A DNA stretch of 63,994 bases, the filler included, from Reticulomyxa filosa (Eukaryota; Protista; Foraminifera), in assembly GCA_000512085.1 (NCBI GenBank). It is 22 parts of 22 records of this genome, joined end to end, with 100 filler letters (N's around TTAATTAATTAA, not from the genome) between each part and the next. Parts side by side here need not be neighbours in the genome. Positions count along the whole stretch, not along the records: positions 23,003 to 26,048 come from ASPP01022169.1; positions 26,149 to 28,279 come from ASPP01021114.1; positions 28,380 to 31,384 come from ASPP01034246.1; positions 31,485 to 32,595 come from ASPP01017171.1; positions 32,696 to 33,888 come from ASPP01047063.1; positions 33,989 to 38,714 come from ASPP01010386.1; 16 more parts are not named here. One strand, 5' to 3'. The position numbers were made by a program, and so were the translations under genes. Under the pieces are notes generated by a model. It searched no databases and was not told where the DNA came from. It saw only the letters and a list, made by a program, of their open reading frames with translations. Each line of letters opens with the position of its first letter. Position 1 is the stretch's first letter. Below are positions 24,832 to 36,829 of this stretch, piece by piece.

Positions 24832-26148
24832 TTACATAAATAACAAAACTAATTTTAGAGAGGACTGAATGGAACAACAAATTCAGAATATTAATAACGG
24901 ACAATAACAGACTATCAATATATATTTGTCAATCTTTGTGAAAAATGGATTATTTTTCATTTGTATGTCCAAATCATGGAAGATTGGATAATTTTTTCTT
25001 TAAACAATTTTTATATTCACATTCATTTTTACACTTTTTTTCTTGGATAAATAACAATAATATTTTTCCTTCTACTAATCACTGGAATGGTTATCATAAC
25101 TTTCTTTGTCTCTTACAATATGAACGGCTTGTCATTCTTTATCAGTAAAAGAAATCAATACATTGTGATGCAGACAACGAGAATAAAGCTTCAAAAGGAA
25201 TGATAGACATTTTTATTTTCTTAATTAATTGAATTATTTGAGGAGTTTTTTTGTAGGAAGTTGTCCATTTTATTAACGACAATTTACAAAGAAAAAATAT
25301 CAGCAAGGCATACATTGAAAATAGTTTATCGAAGACAATGTACTTAGTTCTAAAAGAAAAACCTATTCTATATGTCAGTCATAAAACAATATCAAAGTCA
25401 GAAATGTTAGATGCTTCAATCATTGCAAAAAGTTTTGTCGTTAGCACTTACATCAACAGTTTCAGTCAAAGAGAACATGATTCTAAATTGAAATTGCCAC
25501 TTAACTTATGAAGATTGACTTATTTAAATTTGTAAGTGAAAAAATAATTTGAATGATATTGTATTGCTTGTCTCATTTATTATGCTTTAATTCATTATAA
25601 AAATTTTTTTTTCTTTTTTCAAAATAAAAAATAAAATTATCATGCAAATAAGATGATAATGATATGTACGTTCATTTAGTTTCTGTATACAATATATCGA
25701 AAAAAATATTTTTAAAAAAAAAAAAAAAGAAATAAAATTCTATTGGCTAAGGCAACAGTTTTTTATAAATCTACAACAACAAATTCAATTTTGAAATATA
25801 AATCTAAAATAAATCAATCTAAGTCTAAGTATATGTTCAACCCCTTTATCAGGCAATGAAGAAATTTTGATGATGAACAAAGTAGCTCAGGTGACTTTCA
25901 AAGGCAGTTTTGAGGAGAAGCAATACATTTAAGATTGTTTGATGAAAAAGAAAGTATGTCGTATTTGATATACTTTCGTTGTTTTGCAACAGAGAGAAAA
26001 CAGCACTAGAGTTAATCTATCTTGTTTTGGTTTATCATAATCTGATCANNNNNNNNNNNNNNNNNNNNNNNNNNNNNNNNNNNNNNNNNNNNTTAATTAA
26101 TTAANNNNNNNNNNNNNNNNNNNNNNNNNNNNNNNNNNNNNNNNNNNN

Positions 26149-26640
26149 TTATTATTAATATTAATATTATTATTATTATTATTATTGTTATTGTTATTAT
26201 TCGTATTGAAATTATTGTCGTTGCTATTACAATTGTAATTGGAATGATATACATTTCGTCCAAGTGCATTAGCTGACGGATAGATGTTCTTGTTCCCACC
26301 ATTGTCGTAATTGTTTAGGAAATTCAATTCTAAATACATACACACACACACGCACACACATACATATGAACATGTAACAGGAAACGCGCACACAAAACAC
26401 ACAATCCCAAACACCTTTGAGAAATCCATTGTTTTGAGACTGCACGTGAGGGGGGAGTCGATGCGCGCCGAAATGTGTTTGGACTACGGTTGTTATGGTC
26501 GATGCTGCATACGAATGTGGAGTGTACGTGTGTGTCTGGGAATACACTGAGGACGGAATTGGGTGCAACATCATCGATGATTGTGCTGCATCTGCTATAC
26601 TGCAATATCCTGGTGCAGTATTCCGCGAGTGTTGTAACAT
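26149..26640 (-). CDS. 5' part of a low-complexity (His/Ser/Asn-rich) protein
   Basis: MLQHSRNTAPGY...NNGFLK, then an intron, then an Asn-rich exon running into (AAT)n. Confidence 0.45.
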
Positions 26641-27299
26641 TTTTTTTTTTTTTTTTTTTTGATAAATAAGGTTCTCTTTTTGGGAAGTGGAACAATAGCA
26701 CACTTTCCAAATTGTCAATGCAGAAAAGGAGTTCAAAAAGTAAAAAAGAAAAAGAATGCCAACAACATAAAACTTTTGCTGGAAAAAAAAAAAAAATCAA
26801 AATAAATAAAAAACGACACTACAATAACCGAAATCCCAAGGCAAAGTAAACAAAATCACTGTAAATGTCCTTACTTGGGAGAAAAAGTCAAAAGTTCATT
26901 TTTAGGGTTTCGAACAACGGTACTGGTTTTCACGTTTTACGTGAACCACTTATAGTTTTTTTTGCTCTTATTATCACGCAATTTTGTTTATCGTTATTCT
27001 TAAAATCTGGAAATTTCTTACTAGTTAATCGTTTCTTTTTTTTTGCACTTAATACGTCCAGCAATAACCTTTGCTTTTTCTCCGCTCAACGCTTTTCCTT
27101 TAAGTGCTTCCAAATGTTAAGTGATATTCCATGCTTTAGAAGATATTTAATTTTGTTTAGTATGAAAATCTTTCAAAAACGTAGGGATATTCAAAATTTG
27201 ATCAAATGAAGAAAATAAATAACACGGCAAAAAATGTAACTAAAAAGTATGCAAAAGAAGACGGAATTGAACAAAATACCAATTGCGAACATTAAGAAG

Positions 27300-28220
27300 T
27301 ATTCGTTCTAATTTTGGACAATGCCAGCCAATTTCTGTTAAAAACAGAAAGTACACAAGAAAGATGCGTACGCTCGTTTGTTCTAAAAAAAATATTTGGA
27401 GAAATGACCATCTTTTATCAGTTTGTAACAATCCTAACATTTTTGGTTCCATCATTTTCAGAATTGGTGGAATTATGGTCCACAGAGCATTTAACAGATT
27501 TGATAATGTCTGACGCGTTCCGAAAGGTAAACTTGTCGGAACAGTTGCTTTGTAATGAACAAAGCAAAACGATAAAAAAAACAAAAACAAATGTAAACGA
27601 CAAAGGATATTCCAGCAGTCCGACCAGCAGTGATTGCGTTGTACGAAACAGAATGCAAGAGTACATTGCGAAGTTACGGGTTTACGGATCATTCACTTCC
27701 AAATGCCTTGCATTTTGTCGTGGCGACATTTGATCGCAAGGCAGCAAAGAACGTGTGGTATCAATGGGACGAAGACGTAATGGATGTGTTCAAATACTAC
27801 GACGTCAACACGACTGACAAGCCAATGAAGCAATGGTGTCCAACGATATTGTTCCAACCACAAAATTGGAGCGAGCCAATTCAATTTTACCAAAAAAAGA
27901 AGGATGGAAAGTTTGTCGATTGGGTGTGGAAACTATTGGAAATCAAAGTTTTCTTTTTTTTTTTTTTTTTTGAAAAAAAAAAAAAAAGAAGAAATTTAAT
28001 GTTTAAAATTAAAACTTGTTAAAAAATTGGGATGTGGAATTAGATTGAGTTTAAGAATCAATTGGATGTCGGAGTGAATCTTTTCCTGAGTTCGAAAAAC
28101 AAGAATGACATAGACATGGAGCAGCTTATTGCGTCCATTGACCCTCATCAGACCGCTGTAGTATCGGACCTGCATGTATCGGATATTGTTCTCGTCAGAC
28201 GACAAGACGACCAAAAGTTC
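27300..28220 (+). CDS. Multi-exon hypothetical protein fragment (possible thioredoxin-like fold)
   Basis: Exons ...DAFRK|DIPAVRPAV...LHFVVATFD...WCPTILFQP...LLEIK| bounded by GT-AG sites. Confidence 0.5.
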
Positions 28221-28379
28221 CTTTTTTTTTTTATTAAAAAAAAAAAAGAAACATTTTTTTATGAATTGATATGAACATGNNNNNNNNNNNNNNNNNNNNN
28301 NNNNNNNNNNNNNNNNNNNNNNNTTAATTAATTAANNNNNNNNNNNNNNNNNNNNNNNNNNNNNNNNNNNNNNNNNNNN

Positions 28380-28820
28380 CTGGCAAAGTTGGATTGAATG
28401 ATTATTTGTATAACATCCAAGATCAGAGTCTCCTGATTGTATTTGTTGTGAAGGAGAAGAAACCGTTGAGCATTTCCTGATGGAATGTCTGCGGTACCAA
28501 GATTTACGTCGCAGTTGGTGGATAAATATCCAGATATCAATGTATTGTCCCTGCCGATGAAATATTTCATTATTGGGGATCGAACGTGGAAACCAGATAT
28601 TAGGATCAAGGTTGTCAAGGCAGCATCCAAGTTCGTAATCGATACCAAGAGAAAGATTTGAACAATTTCGAGTTTTTCAATGTTTTTCTTTAATTACTTT
28701 TGTGTGGACCTTCCGGTGTAAGATTTTGTGAAGTTCTATCTTTTGTTTTGTTTTTCTTTCTTTTGAATACTGTGTTCTATTTCTTAAAACGATGTGCTCT
28801 TTTAACTTAAAAGACCTAAG
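28380..28820 (+). mobile_element. LINE ORF2 C-terminus (CCHC zinc knuckle) plus 3'UTR
   Basis: GKVGLNDYLY...SPDCICCEGEETVEHFLMECLRYQDLR...IIGDRTWKPDIRIKVVKAASKFVIDTKRKI* (with small indels), a typical non-LTR ORF2 tail. Confidence 0.85.
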
Positions 28821-28899
28821 CTTGTGCAGGTTGAGGGCAAAAAGAAATGCAAGTTGAGGATGAAGCTAGATAGTCCGACGCTTGACATGCCCATCTAAA

Positions 28900-30200
28900 A
28901 AAAGATAATGTATTTAGTAGTTTTCTGAACATATTGTAATTCTTGCTTGAATGCTTGAATATTAAAGTGACCACACTGCAGATTCGATAGAAATTGCAGA
29001 ACAATAACGATTTCTTTTGACTAGGACATGAAATTTCCACCCAACACGATTCATGACCAAATACATTAAATGTATCAGTCACGTTATTGAATGATCGTAG
29101 TATTGAGTGCTTGAAATGCGATTTTGGTCTGGATTTATTTTATCAAATAACTCTATCTTCACCATTGAATGTCATTGTCTTTCAATATCTTAACGACATA
29201 ACTTGAATTGGATAACATTACTTTGACAATCAGCATTTTATGGAATCGTTTCACCTCTTGTATTTGATATCCATAATCCTCCAATATTTCTTTAATTTCA
29301 TTTTCACTTTCGTGAATTGATACACCTCGAAGCAGGACATATCTATTAATTTCGGGATTTATCACTGCTTATTCTCGTTTTTTTTTGTTCAGCAGCAAAT
29401 GTCTTACGATAAATATCACATCTTGGCTGCTTTACAATTCTTTAGTTATTGTTGCTTTTATCTTTTTGTTCAATTTGCAAATTTTTAGGGTCATTGAAGT
29501 TATTAACATCGACTGCAAAATGAACAAATAATGTCCTAAAATTTCCAGAAAATGTATTTGCAAATACTTTTCTGGACAATACGTTCCTATTCTTCAATCC
29601 GTAACTTAATTACTGCTGTCGCTGATTTGAGTTCTTTGGATTTGATATATGTGACGACAATAGTATTGTAATACATAAATTGCCGTCGCACTTTCATATT
29701 CTTTTTCCACATATTTTCAAATGTCACTTCTTCAATCTTTTTTTCTTCATTTTGTTGCAAACTTGGACTGTGTACTGCAACTTGAAGCGTTGGCGATTGA
29801 AATTTAGATTTCTTTATAACATTATCTGTCTGGCTGCTTTTGTCTTATAGCAATCCGTCTTGCACCATTCGTGTCGACATCCATATTATCATTCGACTTT
29901 ATTTTAGATATCGTTATCGATTGTTTCTGGAATTATTTATGTCAATTCCAATTCCATTTCCAACTCCATATCCATTTCCAATGCCATCATGCATGCTGGT
30001 ATTTGATAGTTAACATGTCTGACTTACCATTAGATCGGATGCTTGATCCAATTCCATGTCGGGTATTTTGTCCAATCATGGCTTGCAGTAGAGCCTATTG
30101 GGGTAAAGACACCTTGCCTCGACCGTCCGGATCGCTTTCACAAGCCTTGTTATCAGCTAGTGAGTTTCGGTTGTGCCCGATGTTCAATAGAAGTTACCTT
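28900..30200 (-). mobile_element. LINE 5' relic: ORF1 (RRM-like) and APE endonuclease fragment
   Basis: YVLLRGVSIHESENEIKEILEDYGYQIQEVKRF (ORF1-like) and GHESCWVEISCPSQKKSLLFCNFYR (APE-like); shares sequence with the 14600-15669 relic. Confidence 0.75.
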
Positions 30201-30887
30201 TTTTTTTTTAGCTGATATAGTTGTAATATTGAAATTCCAAAAAACGAAAAAGTAAAGTGAAAAAACATCATAGACAAGCACCTCACTCACAATGAATGCA
30301 GTACTAAAATTACAATATCTTACAAAGTAATCAATAAAACAACACTTGCACATTTCGTGCGTTCATCATTAAAACCAAGGAAAACAAAACCAAAAGTAAA
30401 AAAAAGTATTAGTATCAAAGTCTGAAAGAAAAATATAACACAAAAACAATAACCAAAAATATATTAATATTTCTTCCTCAAATTGTGGAATACCAACGTA
30501 GATTTTGATCAGACCGGATGATATCACAAAGTCTCCAAATCTGCTGGAAAGATCCAGTAACTCACAATTCAAAAAAGGAAATGCAGCTCGTATTTTGATC
30601 CAACCTGCTGCATTTGTCAGTAGTGTACTTGTTTATAGTTAACCCATCAACTAGGCTTGCCCTACCACAACAGATGACCAATTTTTTTTATTAGTGTATG
30701 CTTTTTGGTCATAGTGTATTTTTTTATATTGTGGTTTTCCAGCATAGTACATTAGTCCAATAAGCGTCTAGGTGTTATAAATGTCGTTCGGTGGTCAAGT
30801 CTTCTGATAATTCATGTGATTTTTACATCACTTCATCCATTATCTGTATCTTTTTTCCTTTTTTTATTCCTGGGGTCGTACAAAGTA

Positions 30888-31144
30888 GGTATCTGATGAT
30901 TAATTTTATCAAAGATCATATCATCCATTCTACAATACTTTTTATCTATTTTATTCTATAATATTGTTTTTCATATGATTTTCCGAATCCCACATTTTAA
31001 ATTGTTTTTCAACTTATTTTTGGTTATATAATGTAAAATGCAGGATTCGGAAAATCATATGAAAACAATATTATAGAATAAAATAGATAAAAAGTATTGT
31101 AGAATGGATGATATGATCTTTGATAAAATTAATCATCCGATACC
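30888..31144. repeat. Long inverted repeat (foldback/MITE-like): ~115-bp arms 30888-31003 and 31030-31144, 26-nt spacer
   Basis: GGTATCTGATGATTAATTTTATCAAAGATCATATC...CCGAATCC is matched by its reverse complement with only a few mismatches and one indel. Confidence 0.93.
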
Positions 31145-31199
31145 ACTTTTTCCTAGGGTAAAGTATGCCTAGTAGACCTAGAGACCTATTAGTGCAATG

Positions 31200-31350
31200 T
31201 ATACTACAGTATGTTGCAAAGAAAACTGAACGCCTAAAACATATCTTATGATGATAATTGATTTTCTCCATGAAAAATCAACATTTTAACTTAATTTTTT
31301 TTTTGTTGGATAAAATCAACATTCTTTCAAATGATTTTTGAAAATTTTGC
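31200..31350 (+). repeat. Dispersed AT-rich repeat, copy 2
   Basis: Colinear with the reverse complement of 2940-3152. Confidence 0.8.
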
Positions 31351-31539
31351 GAGAATGCTTATCATTTGCACTTTTATTAAAATTNNNNNNNNNNNNNNNN
31401 NNNNNNNNNNNNNNNNNNNNNNNNNNNNTTAATTAATTAANNNNNNNNNNNNNNNNNNNNNNNNNNNNNNNNNNNNNNNNNNNNTTTTTTTTTTTTTTTT
31501 TGAAGAATAAAATGCTATAATAACAACAAATAACAACAA

Positions 31540-32498
31540 AAACAACGAAAAAAGCCATTTGCGAAGCATTTGCACGAGAACAAGTGAACCCACACAAAAA
31601 CAATACATTGGAACTCATCTTAAAAGTTCGAAGCTATTTCCACCACAAATTCGAGGCATCGAAACGCGAGCTTTTTCAAAAGCAACTGTCCGAAGCCGTT
31701 CAGGCTCCTTCGAGAAAGCAGACCATTAATGTATAGATCCTAATGATCTCATTGTCTATTGTCTATTGTCTGTTATCCACTAATTTGTTCTTCTCCTCGC
31801 ATCTTTTCATAAAAAAAAAAAAAAAAAAGGCAAATGAAAAAAAAACACAAAATGAAGAAGGAGGGGGAGGAGCAAGGGGAAGAAAAAAAGAAAAGAGAGG
31901 AGTGTTCTTTGTAACGTACGTATTCCATGTACTTAACCCCAAAAAAAAAATAAAAAAATTGTAGCATATCCCTGCTGCCAAACCAATGGTAGCAGTAATA
32001 TCCGAAGAAAAAGAGGAAAAAGAGCCAAAAGAAGAAAAAGATAATCCGGAACAAAAAGTGGGCGACACACAAACGTTACAGCCGGCGACAAACTCACCGT
32101 CGGCAGAAGAAGCCAGTGCAACAAATCAAGACGATGCTCCACAGAAGACAACAGATGGGGACATCCCTGCTTCGAATGATAATCCCCTGCTGGCTGTCGA
32201 CGATAATAAGGTACTCGAGCCAGAAGCACAAGGCGCACAGCTGATGGTTGGTACCGATATCGCAATGATTAAGACAGAGAGTGACCGAGCTTCCGCCTTG
32301 GGCGATGACGAATTCATCGATTTGCTTGAAGTAACCACTTTTCACGACAAAATTATGGAAGAGGTCACTGAAAAGACTCATTGGATTGAACGGGGACGAC
32401 ACCAAGATGAGAAAGAGTTCAAAGAAATCATGATCAGCAAGGACACTCACAAGGCCTTTAAAAAATTAGTCCAAAAAGCCAACATAACAGACAACACG
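31540..32498 (+). CDS. Internal exons of a hypothetical protein
   Basis: Two higher-GC coding blocks (31540-31730, 31965-32498) bounded by GT/AG and homopolymer-rich introns. Confidence 0.5.
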
Positions 32499-32741
32499 GT
32501 TTGATTTTTTTTTTTTTTTTTTTTAATAAAAAGTATGACCTCCCCCCCCTTTATATATATATGTATATGTATATGTATATAAAAAAAAAAAAAAANNNNN
32601 NNNNNNNNNNNNNNNNNNNNNNNNNNNNNNNNNNNNNNNTTAATTAATTAANNNNNNNNNNNNNNNNNNNNNNNNNNNNNNNNNNNNNNNNNNNNTAGAC
32701 AAATAGTAATAAAGTGATGTATATACTGAATTTTTTTATAG

Positions 32742-33660
32742 GAACAACACCGAAGGATTAAATTGGATCAAGACAAAACCTTTAGCTAGAGCAAGTACTT
32801 GCGCGGATAAAGACAAGAGTAAGCTTTTTTTCTTTTTATAAAAAAAGTACTTTGACGATTTGTGTTGATAATGGTTTTTAAAAAGCCAATTACTGCGCTA
32901 AAAGTATTACTTCGGGATTTTGTGTGAGCAACCAAAATAATTGTTTGAATTCATGCAATTTGTGCGATCAAGGTAATTACAAACAAAACGAAAGAAAATA
33001 AAAAATAAAAAAAATATATATATAAGAATAAAAATGAAATGAAAATGACAAGATCTTACTGTGCAGAAAAGTACACATTGACTTCCCCGACGTTACCAGT
33101 AGCATCGACGTTAAATGGTGGCAAACTGATTTACATAAAATCATACTGCTTTTCTTTGAGTCGACCAAATGAAGCTAAATTGGTGACACAAATGAAAGTA
33201 CAATGTAAGTTCAGTTCAGGAAAAAGCAGTGTGACAACGTTTGCTGTTTATATTTCTAATGAAACATTTGCTTGTTTCCCCCCGCCATGGTCAAGTTTTG
33301 ATACGGTGACATTAGACGTATACGTTAAGTAAAAAAAAAGCGTAAAAAGTTGTGTTTATATATAAAAGCAATATTTGTTACAAAAGATTGGATGAGTTTA
33401 TTCTACTCCGGATTCTTCAGTAGTGAAAAACGTGAATTATATACCAATACAGTCAAAATTTAGTAACTTAAATGGTGCTGATGGAGTAAAACTAAATGAA
33501 ATGCAATTCAGTTTTAATCAGAATGATAAGATTACGCTTGATTTTTCAACGAAATTTCCACCAAATATTTATCCAAAAATGTATATTTATTTTTTGATAA
33601 ATGACTTTACAGTACCACCATTGATAGGCCTGAATAATTAATTATCAAGCAATAGATAAT
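32742..33660 (+). CDS. ShKT-like six-Cys domain plus IPT/TIG-like domain protein fragment (possibly disrupted)
   Basis: Spliced TCADKDK|TNYCAKSITSGFCVSNQNNCLNSCNLC; then ASTLNGGKLIYI...VQCKF...FACFPPP. A phase mismatch and a downstream stop suggest errors or decay. Confidence 0.55.
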
Positions 33661-34092
33661 ATAGACGGTACGTATACTACACCAATTTTGAACTCACAGT
33701 CAATAAAATCATGTACTGAGCTCTTACAAATTAGTAAATAAGGGATAGCGAGAATACTGCACAACATCGTCGTCTTCGTCTTCATCAGCGAAGAATGCAG
33801 CCTGGAACTTTGCCGGATACGTATTGCGCAACGATATGCGAAACATGGTGAATCTGATGCAATTCTAAAATGTATAAAGGCTAATAATNNNNNNNNNNNN
33901 NNNNNNNNNNNNNNNNNNNNNNNNNNNNNNNNTTAATTAATTAANNNNNNNNNNNNNNNNNNNNNNNNNNNNNNNNNNNNNNNNNNNNTATTATATACAT
34001 ATATATATATTTTTTTTTTTTTTTTTTTTTTTGTTTATGCAAATAATGATTTTTATTCGGGTAATTTAAAAAAAAAAAAAATAAATAAATAG

Positions 34093-34560
34093 AAACAAAC
34101 ACCAACGCCGACGCCAAACGAAACAACGCAAATCAAAGAGGAAGAAAAACTCAAACTGAGAGAGGAGATCACGAAACAATTGAAAGACGAGTGGAAAAAG
34201 GCATTTTATTTCGAAATCAAACAAACTGTCGAAGGTGAAGCCCAAAGACATTATGAAGGAAAGTTACACAATGAAGAGACGGAATTCAAAAATGAAACGC
34301 TACGATTAGAAGCCCACATCAAAGATTTGAAACAAGTTTTGTTCCATTTCAAACTTTTTTTCTTTTTAATGTATACGTAATAATAATACAAATAATAATT
34401 ATTCTTATTATTATGTGAAAAGGACTTGGCGAAGTCAGAAACACAAAATGCAAGCTTGAGAGAGTCTAAAATTGCACTAATCGCGTCAACTTCTGAAGAA
34501 ATTAACTCACTGCGTGAAATGATCCGAAAAATGGGGAAATTTCACTACACAAAAGCATAA
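34093..34560 (+). CDS. 3' exons of a coiled-coil protein
   Basis: EEEKLKLREEITKQLKDEW...LKQ|DLAKSETQNASLRESK...KA*. Confidence 0.55.
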
Positions 34561-35226
34561 ATAACAAAAATAAAACAAAACAAAACAAAACCATGAATCC
34601 AAACTCAATCGAACCAAAACAAAGCACCATTACAAAGTGTTCTGACAAGTGGTTGCTTTTGTTTTAAGGAGTCTTGATACTGTTCACACAAACATTTTTC
34701 TTTTGGTTTTTTGGTGTTTTGTTTGCTAAAAAACTGTGTACATTGGATCTTGAGGGTTTTTTTTTTGTGCTTTGCTTTCAATTTTCATCTTTTTTTTTAA
34801 AAAAAAATTTTTATTTTTGTTGAGTGAAAGTGTTTCTGTTGTTGATGTACCTAAATGTATCCGAGTTTTTGAACAACGTGAAGAAAAAAAAAAGACATAA
34901 ATTGCTTTGCAGTTCTCCTCTCGTGTCACACATTTAGGTCTATATTTTGATTTGACTTGATTTTTGTTGCTTTTTTCAATAATTTTTTATTGGAATAAAA
35001 GAACTTTTGATAAAAAAAAATAAACCTTTTTTTTTACAAGCATTGTGTTGTATGATTTTTCCTATCTTTTTTTCCCTTCCTCTTTTTTTTTTTGCAGCTG
35101 ATTGATATACAAAATAAGACAAAGCCTTTTTCACAAGCATATTTTTCCCAATGATCCATTACTGCACAAAACCCCCAAAGCTTGACAATTAATATAGCCA
35201 GTATTATTATTATTTTTTTTGTTTCC

Positions 35227-36180
35227 TCAGAAGGATGAAGAGTACAACCAAGCCAAAGAAAACAAAGACAACAATGCAAAGGTGAAAGGAGACCCAGCAG
35301 TAGTTTGTCTTGCACTTCCTTTGGAAGCAGCATTTTCAGTAGTTATGCTCGTAGTTGTAGTCGTTATGAATGAATATGGACTTGTCCCGTTGACAATAGA
35401 ACCATCGCACTCCACTATGCCCAACCAATAAGTGTTTGCTGTTGAGTTGTACACGCATCCACTTTCCAGGGACGTGGTGCGGACTATATACATATACATT
35501 TTTTTTGGAATGTGTTTTTTTTTTTCTTTCCCCCCCCTTTATCATTACTTCCTGATGTACTTTTTTTGAAAAGACAGAAAATGAAACGTAACAAGAGGAG
35601 CCAGCGCAATTGCTGCCCAAATAATAGGTTGAAGAGTAAGCATTGTTGCTGCAGTTCAACACATAAGAAACATCGTGATAATTGATGCACATATCCGTAA
35701 CATATGCATAGTCAGTGTACGTCTTTGCTTCGTTGCCATCGATATCCAAACACTTGGAGCTGGTGGGGTCACTCCAATACTTACGCAAAATTGCGGAGCA
35801 ATCGTCACCGTCACAATTGAAGGTCACGTTTGCACTGTGGTTCAAAAAAGCAGTTACACTTTTTTTCACTGGCAACAAGGGAAATCCTCCACTGCATTGC
35901 GTTTTGTCTAGTTTTTTTTGATGGATTTTTGAGTTCAATTTGCCACTAAAAATTAAACAAAAATAAAAATTAGTCCACCTGTCCAAACTTGTGCTTGCAC
36001 GTCTTGCTTGTCAGAGGTACACACAAACTGGAAGGAGAAGACCTTGTCGTTAGCAGTGTTTGTCATGCATGTGTCCAACGCAAAAGGAACTGAATCAATT
36101 TGGACATATTTGCATGTTGAAACAGCCTCACGTAAGCATGCCACGTAAACAACGAAAAAAGCAAGAGTCAAAAGAGACAT
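35227..36180 (-). CDS. Cys-rich secreted, probably GPI-anchored surface protein (3 exons)
   Basis: Signal peptide MSLLTLAFFVVYVAC, spaced Cys, N-glycosylation sequons, Thr-rich stalk and a hydrophobic C-terminal tail with no cytosolic segment. Confidence 0.75.
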
Positions 36181-36829
36181 TATTTTTTTTTAAGCGCACA
36201 GACCCAGTTTCAACACAACTGGAGATTTTCAACCTTATTTTGAGCTGCTATATTTTGATGTAATAACTTGAAATAATATATTTTAATGCCAAAACTATGA
36301 AAAATTTTCTCAGATGCACAGAGGTTGTCAGTTTTCAATTTCAAATTAATTCAAACTCGGTTACCCTTTTTTAACTTTTTGACAAAGTTGTCATACAACT
36401 TCCACTTCCTTTTGACAACAATTACTTCTTATTATTTCAGTAATAATCTACCCACAACTAGCACTTTCTACGTTAGCTTTTTTGAAGTCGGAGAAAAAAC
36501 TGTAGTAATATTTACAAACGCATTAACTATCCCACCAAGTTAAAAAAAAAATTTTGTGGGTAGTTTAAAATGAGGAAATGACACCATCATTAAAACATAA
36601 ACACATCTATCAAATGAATTTTAGTATGGTAATAAGTTTAGTTTTTTGCTTTATCCACAAACAGCGAAAGTCTTAAAGAAAACTCTATTTTAATGCCTTC
36701 AAATTATTAGATGTAGGCAGAAAAGAAAAATAATGGTCCATTTTATCGAATTGGATTGATATAAACTTGAAAAGTTGAGATAAGGAGTTTCACGTGGTAA
36801 AAGTAAAGTTTGCCGCTAGTTTTAGCACC

